Below are positions 1 through 8,674 of a stretch of DNA of 40,178 nucleotides, in pieces. The translations under genes were made by a program, and so were the position numbers. Location: sequence record SRR2962707_771, one strand, 5' to 3'. The notes under the pieces were generated by a model. That model saw only the letters and a list, made by a program, of their open reading frames with translations, had not been told where the DNA came from and made no database searches. Numbering within the stretch: the first letter of the stretch is position 1; every line of letters starts with the position of its first letter.

Positions 1-1
1 T

Positions 2-244
2 GTTTTGGGCGTGGATTGTGTTAGCTTGAACACTGTATTTTTGCGTGCTGAGTGAGGCTTGATTGGTGTTCTTTTCTGGCGCCTCATCTGCGCTTTTTGA
101 GGCAGTGTCGTTAGCCGTGGCTGTTGTGTTGCTGCTGCTGTGTTGTGCTGCGGTAATGCCGTGCCCGCCAGCGTATACCCATAAGACCGCCGCAATGGTG
201 ATCGTGATGGCAACCACTGGGCCTATTTTGCTTTTAAGCTCCAT
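2..244 (-). CDS. 5' part of a membrane-anchored periplasmic protein, probably an RND efflux membrane-fusion (adaptor) subunit; runs off the window start
   Basis: Not in the ORF track. Hand translation from ATG 244: MELKSKIGPVVAITITIAAVLWVYAGGHGITAAQHSSSNTTATANDTASKSADEAPEKNTNQASLSTQKYSVQANTIHAQN, open to the edge. SD AAGGAG at 256-251. One N-terminal TM segment followed by a low-complexity linker. The product call is inferred from this architecture. Confidence 0.7.
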   Translation of the reverse strand, partial: MELKSKIGPVVAITITIAAVLWVYAGGHGITAAQHSSSNTTATANDTASKSADEAPEKNTNQASLSTQKYSVQANTIHAQN

Positions 245-337
245 TAACCGCTCCTTGATGCATTTTGCTTGTTTTTATTATTTTAAGTTTTGCGTCAATT
301 ATATGCACAAAAAATACGTCATTAAATGATCTTGATT

Positions 338-351
338 TGCTTATATAAGCA
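338..351. promoter_or_regulatory. Perfect 14-bp palindrome TGCTTATATAAGCA, putative repressor operator
   Basis: Exact inverted repeat in the divergent intergenic region, about 95 bp upstream of the minus-strand gene. Confidence 0.4.
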
Positions 352-521
352 TATTTCTTTGATGAATGTTGTATCGGGTCGCTTTCAGCAGCGGTTTTCT
401 CTTTTTATTGGTGGCTAATTGTCAATTTTTAGATTGTCACTTCTTGGTTTCGCTAAACCTTCGTTAGGAAGGGTGATATTATACGCCCACAAAATTTACT
501 CTCTTTTTTATTTGGATAGAT

Positions 522-2429
522 ATGAGTCTATTGTCTTTAGAACAGGTCAGTGTTGCATTCGGGCATAATCCGCTGCTGTCAAAAATCAGTTTCGCTGCAG
601 AAGCAGGGGAACGTGTTGCTATTATCGGGCGCAATGGCGCGGGTAAATCAACGCTCTTAAAAATCATTTCAGGTGAACAAGTCGCTGATGAAGGTGTGGT
701 TCGTTTGGAGGGAGGAATGCGCATTGCCCAGCTTCCTCAAGAGCTTCCTGATGCCAACAATAAGACGGTTCGTGAAGTGGTCAGTGAAGGCGCTGGTAAA
801 GCCCATGACCTAATGAAACGTTACTTTGCCTTGTTGGAAGATTTCGAAAACGATCATTCTAATGAGTTAGGCGACATTCAAAGTGAGCTGGATAAGATCC
901 AAGGTTGGGATCTTGAACAACGCGTAAATCACATGATTCAACGCTTGAAGCTGCCGGCTGAAAAGCTCATGTCTGAATTGTCTGGTGGCTGGCGTCGTCG
1001 TGTTATTTTGGCGCAAGCATTGGTATCAAACCCAGATGTATTGCTGCTTGATGAGCCGACAAACCATTTGGATGTGCCGACCATCGAATGGATGGAGCAA
1101 CAGCTTCAGCAATTTCGTGGGTTGATCTTATTTATTACCCATGACCGTCGTTTCCTAGAAAAATTAGCGAACCGTATTATTGAGTTAGACCGTGGTAACT
1201 TGATTTCCTTTAGTGGCAACATTAATGAATTCCTTGTCTTTAAAGAAAAGATGTTGGAAGAAGAAGAACGTGCCAATGCCTTGTTTGATAAGCGCCTTGC
1301 TGAAGAAGAAGTTTGGATTCGTCAAGGTATCAAAGCCCGCCGTACTCGTAACGAAGGCCGTGTGCGCGCTTTGAAAGCGTTGCGTGTTGAGCGTTCAGAA
1401 CGGATTAATCGTCAAGGCAACGCCAAAATGGCCATTGAGACCAAAGAAAGCTCAGGCAAATTGGTGGCAGAGTTCACTCAAGTGGCTCACTCGTTCGAAG
1501 ACAAAGTGATTCTTCAGCCAATGGACTTGATAGTGAATCGCGGTGACCGTATTGGCCTTATCGGCCCCAATGGTTGTGGTAAAAGTACCTTCTTAAAAAT
1601 CCTCTTGGGTGATTTGCAAGCGGATTCAGGTACCGTTCGCCAAGGTACTAAGCTTAACGTTGCTTATTTTGACCAGCTTCGTGAACAGCTTGACCCCGAG
1701 CAAACCGTTGCTGAAAACGTTGGTGAAGGCAAAGAAACCATCGAAATCAATGGCCAGAACAAACACGTCATTGGCTACCTTGGTGATTTCTTATTCCCAC
1801 CAGAGCGTGCTCGTACGCCAGTCAAAGCCTTGTCTGGTGGTGAGCGAAACCGTGTGTTGCTTGCCAAGCTGTTTACCAAGCCTGCCAACCTGTTGGTGAT
1901 GGATGAGCCTACCAATGACCTCGATGTGGAAACCTTGGAGTTATTGGAAGAATTATTGCTGAACTACGACGGCACCTTGCTGCTAGTAAGCCATGACCGT
2001 GCGTTCTTGGACAGCGTAGTGACCAGTGTGATTGCGTTTGAAGGGGAAGGTCGCGTGCGTGAATACGTAGGTGGCTACCAAGATTGGATTCGTCAAGGGG
2101 GTAAGTTCCCAACCGAATCGACGTCTCAAACTAACGAGACTAAGCCCGCTAAAATTGAAGTGAAGAAAGCCGCGGAGACGGTCGTAACCGCAAAGCCTAA
2201 GTCAAAGCTGAGTTATAAAATACAGCGTGAATTTGATCTTATGCCAGAAACGATTGCGGCATTAGAGCATGACATTGCGGCTTTGCATCAAATTACGAGT
2301 GCAGCTGATTTTTATGCCGGCGACGCTAAACAGGTTCAAAAAACCTTAGCCAAAGTGGCCGCGAAAGAACAAGAACTTGAGACGACCATGGAGCGTTGGC
2401 TTGAGTTAGAAGAAATGCAGAATGGGTAA
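522..2429 (+). CDS. uup: ABC-F family ATPase Uup
   Basis: Two ABC cassettes (GRNGAGKS/LSGGW/LLLDEPTNHLD and GPNGCGKS/LSGGE/MDEPTNDLD), the Uup-typical linker EEVWIRQGIKARRTRNEGRVRALK, a C-terminal KLSYK coiled coil and no TM segments. Confidence 0.93.
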   Translation: MSLLSLEQVSVAFGHNPLLSKISFAAEAGERVAIIGRNGAGKSTLLKIISGEQVADEGVVRLEGGMRIAQLPQELPDANNKTVREVVSEGAGKAHDLMKRYFALLEDFENDHSNELGDIQSELDKIQGWDLEQRVNHMIQRLKLPAEKLMSELSGGWRRRVILAQALVSNPDVLLLDEPTNHLDVPTIEWMEQQLQQFRGLILFITHDRRFLEKLANRIIELDRGNLISFSGNINEFLVFKEKMLEEEERANALFDKRLAEEEVWIRQGIKARRTRNEGRVRALKALRVERSERINRQGNAKMAIETKESSGKLVAEFTQVAHSFEDKVILQPMDLIVNRGDRIGLIGPNGCGKSTFLKILLGDLQADSGTVRQGTKLNVAYFDQLREQLDPEQTVAENVGEGKETIEINGQNKHVIGYLGDFLFPPERARTPVKALSGGERNRVLLAKLFTKPANLLVMDEPTNDLDVETLELLEELLLNYDGTLLLVSHDRAFLDSVVTSVIAFEGEGRVREYVGGYQDWIRQGGKFPTESTSQTNETKPAKIEVKKAAETVVTAKPKSKLSYKIQREFDLMPETIAALEHDIAALHQITSAADFYAGDAKQVQKTLAKVAAKEQELETTMERWLELEEMQNG

Positions 2430-2432
2430 GTT

Positions 2433-3026
2433 ATGAGCCAGAAAATTACATCAATGTCTTTTATTCCGCGCTTTTTTGGCGCGTTTGGACAGTTTTTCAA
2501 ATACATGGGCAGTGGCGATTACGCGGCCCGTTGTTCCGCAGTAGGCAAAGGCGAAGTATTGGCTTTTGAGGCGGAGCCAAAGGTAATAACCAAAGAAATT
2601 GAAGTCATTCGTGAAGTTGAAGTGGCGGCACCAGTCCTGGACACAGTCAATGAAGATGGGGCGCATCAATTGCTGCAACTGTTGCAACATGAGGCGCGTT
2701 TTATCGACTTTATTCAAGAAAGTATCGATGGTTACGACGACGCGGATGTGGGTGCTGCTGCACGCCAAATTCATGCAGGTTGTGCGAAAGTGATCAAGCA
2801 GCACTTCACCATTGATGTGGTGAACAGTGCGCCAGAAAACAGCCGCATTGAGGTGCCAGCAGACTACGATGCCAAGCAAATTAAGCTAGAAGGTCGTGTT
2901 GAGGGCGTCGGTCCTTATGCCGGTACCTTGATTCATCCAGGTTGGAAAGTGACGAGCACACAGCTCCCTAAAGTCAGCTCCACCGATAACTTAACCATCC
3001 TAGCGCCCGCAGAAATCGAGGTATAG
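2433..3026 (+). CDS. DUF2760 family protein (C-terminus GrpE-like, inferred)
   Basis: Motifs AHQLLQLLQHEARFIDF, DADVGAAAR and GTLIHPGW...LAPAEIEV, recognised as DUF2760. Starts 3 bp after the uup stop and ends 2 bp before the Hsp70 gene. Confidence 0.85.
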   Translation: MSQKITSMSFIPRFFGAFGQFFKYMGSGDYAARCSAVGKGEVLAFEAEPKVITKEIEVIREVEVAAPVLDTVNEDGAHQLLQLLQHEARFIDFIQESIDGYDDADVGAAARQIHAGCAKVIKQHFTIDVVNSAPENSRIEVPADYDAKQIKLEGRVEGVGPYAGTLIHPGWKVTSTQLPKVSSTDNLTILAPAEIEV

Positions 3027-3028
3027 TC

Positions 3029-4783
3029 ATGAGCGATTATTTTATTGGTATCGACCTAGGTACCACGCATTCGGCTGTCTTTTATTCTGCAGCCAACACT
3101 GAAAATGGCGCGGCAGACATTAAACAGTTGCCTATTGCGCAGTTCACCGCGGCAGGGCAAGTGGCAGAACGTCCACTGTTGCCTTCTTTTGTGTATTTCC
3201 CCCATGCCACTGAGTTTTTAGAAAGTGATATGCAATTGCCGTGGGGCAAAGCCGATGCGATTGTCGGGCAACTTGCGAGAGAGTTGGGTGCCAAATCGTC
3301 TGGTCGTTTGGTGCAAAGTGCTAAAAGCTGGTTGTGTCACTCTCGAGTGGGCGCAGACGAAGCTGTTTTGCCAATCGATGCGCTGGAAGAGGTAGCAAAA
3401 ATCTCGCCCGCAGCGGTCACTGAAACCTTGCTCTCTCATTTGGTGAACGCATGGACAGTGGCGTTTCCTGATGCGCCGATACAGGATCAAGAAGTGGTGA
3501 TTACTGTGCCTGCCTCATTTGATCCGGCGGCGCGTACTATCACCGAACAAGCGGCGAAGCGCATCGGGTTGCGAGCCCGTTTGATTGAAGAGCCATTAGC
3601 GGCGTTTTACGCTTGGCTGGCAGATCAAGCGTCTTGGACGGATGCACTTGACGTGAACGAACATATCCTGGTTGTGGATGTGGGCGGTGGTACAACAGAC
3701 TTGTCTTTGATCCAAGCGGTTGAGCAAGAGGGCGTACTTGGTTTGGAGCGTGTTGCTGTGGGTCGTCATATCCTATTGGGTGGCGACAACATGGACATGG
3801 CATTGACCTATCACCTAGCTGGACAGCTTGCACAAAACGGTACAACGTTAGAGCATTGGCAGATTTCAGGTCTGACGCAAGCGTGTCGTGAGGCGAAAGA
3901 GCGCTTGTTGTCGAATGCGGATTTGGCCGACGTGAGTGTTGTCGTTCCAAGTCGTGGTCGCAGTTTGTTTAATAACAGCATTAAAGCGACCTTGACTCAA
4001 GGCGACGTTCAGCAGCTTTTGTTGCAAGGCTTTTTCCCTGAAGTGGCGTTTGGTGAGCAGGCTCAGAAAGCCCCACGAAGCGGCATCAGTACGATCAACT
4101 TGGATTACGAAAGTGATCCTGCCATTACGCGTCATATTAGTGAGTTTTTAGCCCAACATCAGGCTAAGCCAACGAAAATTTTGCTGAATGGTGGTGTGTT
4201 TAACGCCGGTTTAATTCGAACCACCATTGAAACGCGCCTGCGTGCCATGTTGGGCGATGTTGACATGACCATGTTGACGCCATCGCATCTGGATCACGCC
4301 GTTGCGAAAGGAGCAACGTATTACGCTGTGGTGCAAGCCGAAGGCGGCGTAAAAGTGAAAAGTGGCTTGGCGGCGAATTATTACATTGGTGTGGCGAGCC
4401 CAATGCCCGCGATTCCAGGCATGGCACCACCGGTTGACGCCGTTTGTGTGGCGCCGTTTGGGTTAGAAGAAGGCTCTGAAGAGCAAATGTTACCCAACGA
4501 ATTTTCCTTGGTGGTTGGCGAATCGGTGACCTTTCGTTTCTTCCAGTCTCAAGACAGTCAGGTCGATTCCGTAGGAAAAGTGATTTCTTCGTTTGCCTTG
4601 GCCCAATTGACTGAGCTGAATCCTATTAGTGTGCAGCTAGATGCAGGGCACTACCAAGAAGGCGAGATGGTTCGTGTGTATTTGACTGCTCGGGTGACTG
4701 AGCTCGGGTTGTTGCTGTTGCAAGCGCACGATACAAAATCAGACCTACATTGGACGATTGAGTTTCAAGTTAGGGAGGCGTAA
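3029..4783 (+). CDS. Hsp70/DnaK-related protein (short, no helical lid)
   Basis: GIDLGTTHS, ITVPASFD, EEPLAA, VDVGGGTTDLS, LLGGDNMD, NGG and AVAKGA match the Hsp70 nucleotide-binding-domain motifs. The protein ends after an SBD-beta-like segment. Confidence 0.9.
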   Translation: MSDYFIGIDLGTTHSAVFYSAANTENGAADIKQLPIAQFTAAGQVAERPLLPSFVYFPHATEFLESDMQLPWGKADAIVGQLARELGAKSSGRLVQSAKSWLCHSRVGADEAVLPIDALEEVAKISPAAVTETLLSHLVNAWTVAFPDAPIQDQEVVITVPASFDPAARTITEQAAKRIGLRARLIEEPLAAFYAWLADQASWTDALDVNEHILVVDVGGGTTDLSLIQAVEQEGVLGLERVAVGRHILLGGDNMDMALTYHLAGQLAQNGTTLEHWQISGLTQACREAKERLLSNADLADVSVVVPSRGRSLFNNSIKATLTQGDVQQLLLQGFFPEVAFGEQAQKAPRSGISTINLDYESDPAITRHISEFLAQHQAKPTKILLNGGVFNAGLIRTTIETRLRAMLGDVDMTMLTPSHLDHAVAKGATYYAVVQAEGGVKVKSGLAANYYIGVASPMPAIPGMAPPVDAVCVAPFGLEEGSEEQMLPNEFSLVVGESVTFRFFQSQDSQVDSVGKVISSFALAQLTELNPISVQLDAGHYQEGEMVRVYLTARVTELGLLLLQAHDTKSDLHWTIEFQVREA

Positions 4784-7494
4784 TGCCAGAATCAGCTTTT
4801 CGAGTAGGCATTGATTTAGGAACAACCAACAGCGTTGTTTCTTACTTATCGAACGAAGGCAGTGAACCGACTCTATTGCCGATTCCACAAGTGATGGCGG
4901 ATGGTTCGGTGCAAGAGTTTACCTACTTGCCCAGCGCCATTTATTTGTTGGCGGCGGATGAAAAGTTGGACCCGGTATTGCCTTGGCGTAATGGCGACAA
5001 AACGCGCATTGTGGGGCTCGGTGCATTAGCACTCGGCCAACGCCGTGCTGGGCAGTTAGTGCAAAGTGCGAAAAGCTGGTTGAGTCACCGCCAAGTGGAT
5101 CGGCGTTCTGCGATTCTTCCTTGGGCCAGCGAATTTGCCAAAAAAATGAGCCCTCTGGACGCCAGTCAAGCCTTGCTTATGCACATTAAGCAAAGCTGGA
5201 ATCATCGTTTCCCCAATGCCCCGCTTGAGAAGCAAAGCGTCGCACTCACGTTACCGGCGTCGTTTGATGAAGAAGCCCGTGCGTTAACGCTTGAAGCGGC
5301 AAAAAACGCAGGACTAGAAGACCTTTATCTTCTCGAAGAGCCGCAAGCGGCCTGTTATCACTACATTAGTGATGATGAAAAATTGGCGGCGCTCGCCAGC
5401 AAAAAAATGTTGCTCGTGGTGGACATTGGCGGCGGTACCAGCGATTTTAGTTTGGTGTCTATTCAACCGGCTTCTAGTGAAAAGAAAAGTGTCTCACTGA
5501 AGCGAGTGGCGGTTGGTGAGCACCTGTTATTAGGGGGCGATAACTTGGATCAAGCGTTAGCGTTTCAGCTTGACCCAAAACAAATATCGGCTCTGTCTGC
5601 GACCCGTTTAGCGGCCTTAGTGCAGCAAACTCGTCAAGCGAAAGAGACACTCCTGAGCGAGGCTTCTCCCGACAGTGTGAACATTACGGTATTGGGTGGT
5701 GGCAGCCGTTTGATTGGCGGCTCACAGAAATTTTCCGTGTCACGGGATGCGTTATTGGAGCAAGTTCGCACAGGATTTTTTCCTTTAATAGACCCCGACA
5801 CCAAGGTGCAAAAAAGCGACTATGCAATGCATACGCTTGGCTTGCCTTATGAATCAGACCCTGCCTTTACGCGTCATCTTGCGGCCTTTTTAACCACCCA
5901 TCAAGAGGCCATTTTACGTGCCACGGGCAGCACCATGCCAGACGCTGTGTTGTTTAACGGTGGCTTATTTAACAGCCCTTTGTTAAAGGCACAACTGTTG
6001 GCGCAATTAAACACCTGGTCTGAAATACCGATACTGGCCTGCGCGGCGGACGAGCCTAATGATGCGGTAGCAAAAGGCGCCGCCTTATATCTCAGTGCGT
6101 TAGCGGGCGAAAGCACGCGGATTGAAAGCGGCGTGGCTCATGGCTTATTCCTTAAAGTCGGTGACGAGCAGTTTGTTGGTATCTTGCCAAAAGGCACTTT
6201 AAAAGGGGAAACCCTCACCCTAGAACAAGACTTTTTTGTCACCTTAGGGCAGCAAGTACAATTTCCTCTGTACCGCTCGGATGATCACATTGATTGTGTG
6301 GTGGGGCAGGTGCGCGAGCAGACTGGTTTGCACTACATTTCTACCTTGTCGACTGAGTTGGATGCCTCCGTTGATGCAACAGAAACAGCGGTCAATGTCG
6401 CAGTACAAATGACGGAAGTTGGGGTCTTGCAAGTGACCTTAAAAGCGACGAATCAGCGCGATCAATGGCATTTAGACTTTTCTATTAAAGAGTCGACGCA
6501 AGCCGCGTCAGGACAAACCTCAGCAGACCAAAAAGAGCAAGATCAGGCTGGTTTACTGCACGCCAATATGGGGCAAGCGGAAGAGCATTTGACCAAGTGT
6601 TTTTCTAGCGCAGGCCAAAAGCAAGCCCCCGATTTGGTGAAGGCCTTAAAACAAGATTTGGATGCCATGCTGGGCAATCGAGACGATTGGAATTTGGCAA
6701 CGTCACGACGTTTGGTCGACAAACTGCTCAGTTTGAAATCAGGGCGTATGAAAAGCGCCCAGCACGAGCGTCAATGGCTACAGCTTATGGGGTATTGCTT
6801 ACGACCAGGCTATGGCGCTGAGGACGATCTTGCCCGTGTGCAGCAGGTGATCAATATCACCAAAGCAGGCACGCAGCACGATGCCGCGGCAGTATGGGGG
6901 CAATACTGGACTATGTATCGTCGTATTGCTGGTGGCTTGTCTTTTGAGCAACAAACGGTACTGTTTAAGCAGTTTAGTCAGTTCTATTCACCTTCAGGTC
7001 AACGCTCTCGTGAAAAAATGAAGGCGTTAACGACACGCTCCAGTGACGATCTAATCCGTCTTGTGGGGGCGCTGGAGAAACTAGAGCAGGCGGATAAAAT
7101 GACGACGATCGATTGGTTGTTAAAACGCCTGTCTAAATCTTCAGAGCCGGATACCGCTTGGTGGACGCTAGGGCGCATTGCATCGCGTCACTTATTGTGT
7201 GGTGAGCAAGCTCTGCGAATTCCTGAAGACACGCTTTACCCAATATTGGATGTGGTGCTTAAAGAAGATTGGAAAAAACGCAAGCAAGCAGGCCTTGCCG
7301 CGGTGCTCATGGCTCAGGTGAGTCTGGAAGAGTCGGATAAGCTCAAAGCATATCGACATAAAATTGCGAAAAAACTACTCAAAGACAAATGCCCGGCGCA
7401 ATGGTTAGCACGCCTTAACAGTCAAATTGAAATCAATAACGATGAGCTTACTGCTTTAGTCGGTGAGAGCTTGCCTATTGGTTTGCGCTTATAA
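4783..7494 (+). CDS. Hsp70/DnaK-related protein with C-terminal DUF3731-type domain
   Basis: GIDLGTTNS, LTLPASFD, EEPQAA, VDIGGGTSDFS, LLGGDNLD; C-terminal ~310 aa with LRPGYG and YRRIAGG motifs. TAATG overlap with the upstream gene. Confidence 0.9.
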   Translation: MPESAFRVGIDLGTTNSVVSYLSNEGSEPTLLPIPQVMADGSVQEFTYLPSAIYLLAADEKLDPVLPWRNGDKTRIVGLGALALGQRRAGQLVQSAKSWLSHRQVDRRSAILPWASEFAKKMSPLDASQALLMHIKQSWNHRFPNAPLEKQSVALTLPASFDEEARALTLEAAKNAGLEDLYLLEEPQAACYHYISDDEKLAALASKKMLLVVDIGGGTSDFSLVSIQPASSEKKSVSLKRVAVGEHLLLGGDNLDQALAFQLDPKQISALSATRLAALVQQTRQAKETLLSEASPDSVNITVLGGGSRLIGGSQKFSVSRDALLEQVRTGFFPLIDPDTKVQKSDYAMHTLGLPYESDPAFTRHLAAFLTTHQEAILRATGSTMPDAVLFNGGLFNSPLLKAQLLAQLNTWSEIPILACAADEPNDAVAKGAALYLSALAGESTRIESGVAHGLFLKVGDEQFVGILPKGTLKGETLTLEQDFFVTLGQQVQFPLYRSDDHIDCVVGQVREQTGLHYISTLSTELDASVDATETAVNVAVQMTEVGVLQVTLKATNQRDQWHLDFSIKESTQAASGQTSADQKEQDQAGLLHANMGQAEEHLTKCFSSAGQKQAPDLVKALKQDLDAMLGNRDDWNLATSRRLVDKLLSLKSGRMKSAQHERQWLQLMGYCLRPGYGAEDDLARVQQVINITKAGTQHDAAAVWGQYWTMYRRIAGGLSFEQQTVLFKQFSQFYSPSGQRSREKMKALTTRSSDDLIRLVGALEKLEQADKMTTIDWLLKRLSKSSEPDTAWWTLGRIASRHLLCGEQALRIPEDTLYPILDVVLKEDWKKRKQAGLAAVLMAQVSLEESDKLKAYRHKIAKKLLKDKCPAQWLARLNSQIEINNDELTALVGESLPIGLRL

Positions 7495-7539
7495 GGTGTG
7501 ATTGTGGTGGTTGCCAAAGGTATTGGGCGATGGGTGTTT

Positions 7540-7578
7540 AAAAAAGAGCCAAGTAACCTGTTACTGGCTCTTTTTTTT
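7540..7578. terminator. Bidirectional intrinsic terminator
   Basis: AAAAAAGAGCCAAGTAAC-CT-GTTACTGGCTCTTTTTTTT between the convergent Hsp70 and lipase genes. Confidence 0.85.
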
Positions 7579-7625
7579 ATGGGCAAAATCAGCACAAAGA
7601 GTGCTTTGTCGCTGAATGACGATTT

Positions 7626-8495
7626 TTAATCGAAGGAAAACCCAAACAAACTAATGTCGGTTTTATAAGGTACTTCGACTGGGCTTTCCAGCAAACCATT
7701 AATTAGACCGAGGTAGGTCGTCATTTTATGGGCGTTGAGGTTTTGTTCGTTAGGGATGGATGTGGTGAACTTGGTTGCTCTTAGCGCACTTTTGACACCA
7801 CTGGTTTCGGCGTATTGCTTGTTGCCCATGAGTATGACTTCTTTGCCCATGTGCCAGAAAATATCCAAATCTTTGATTTGTAATGGGCTAATAGGGGGAA
7901 CAAGAGGAACAATGTCGTGTAGGGTGACGACGCGGATAAGTGGTAAATCATCGAATTTTTTTGCCCCAGTTACATTGGTGACCTTAGGTTGCCCAAACGT
8001 AATGATCTGAGCCACTGGATAACCATCTTTTTGCAAGTACATGCCCAATATCACGGCAATGGCGCCGCCTAAACTGTGTCCGGTAATATGAATGGGTTGG
8101 TCTTTGTTTAGATAAGGCTTCATGTTGCTGTAAATGGCTCTCGCCGCGGACGCAAAACCTTGGTGCAGTTTAATGTCCAGCACCGGATCTGGTTGCAAGG
8201 AAACGGTTAAATCCACCATGGCATTTTGTAGGTTGGCGGTGCCGCGCACAGCAATGGTCTGAACGCCATTGGCGGTGCTTAAAAAATAACTTACTTGGGA
8301 CGCAGGGATCAAAGATTGGTGCACGAGCTGCTGGTTTTGCTCTTGCAGTCGTTGCTCAAGCGTTGCGGCTTCAAGGTAGGTGTCGTCGGAGAGCTTGGCT
8401 TGGGCTTTGATGAGGTTAAAATCTTGTGCGGCAAAAGCGGATTGAAATGGACTGATGAGCAGAACAAGAATGAATAAAATAAAAGCATTAAACAT
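7626..8495 (-). CDS. Secreted class 3 lipase
   Basis: Signal peptide (...FQSAFA|AQ), VRGT, LHQGF, nucleophile elbow ITGHSLGG, TFGQPKV, DIVPLVP and a C-terminal His (AHKM). Confidence 0.9.
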   Translation of the reverse strand: MFNAFILFILVLLISPFQSAFAAQDFNLIKAQAKLSDDTYLEAATLEQRLQEQNQQLVHQSLIPASQVSYFLSTANGVQTIAVRGTANLQNAMVDLTVSLQPDPVLDIKLHQGFASAARAIYSNMKPYLNKDQPIHITGHSLGGAIAVILGMYLQKDGYPVAQIITFGQPKVTNVTGAKKFDDLPLIRVVTLHDIVPLVPPISPLQIKDLDIFWHMGKEVILMGNKQYAETSGVKSALRATKFTTSIPNEQNLNAHKMTTYLGLINGLLESPVEVPYKTDISLFGFSFD

Positions 8496-8613
8496 TGTGA
8501 GGCAGCTAACTTATTGGTTGAAGAGCGCAGAGAGTACTAAAAAAAGGCTTTTACGAACAGCGGTTTATCCGATTGTAAGGGCGTTTTTACCCTTGTTCAT
8601 ATGGGGTGGGGGG

Positions 8614-8657
8614 CTAAAAACCTTGATCCTTCTTTAGCGGTTGATCAAGGTTTTTAG
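8614..8657 (-). terminator. Intrinsic terminator of the ParB-like gene
   Basis: 15-bp inverted repeat CTAAAAACCTTGATC...GATCAAGGTTTTTAG, 18 bp after the stop codon. Confidence 0.7.
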
Positions 8658-8674
8658 GGCGCTGATGATTTATC

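Noticed and set aside
63-329. Plus-strand 88-aa ORF
   Set aside because: It is the antisense shadow of the minus-strand gene starting at 244, which has a strong SD and a sensible architecture.
3029-7494. Calling these genes dnaK, hscA or hscC, or treating them as one frameshifted gene
   Set aside because: Each has its own complete NBD, SD and start. Both lack the canonical linker and lid, and there is no dnaJ or isc context.
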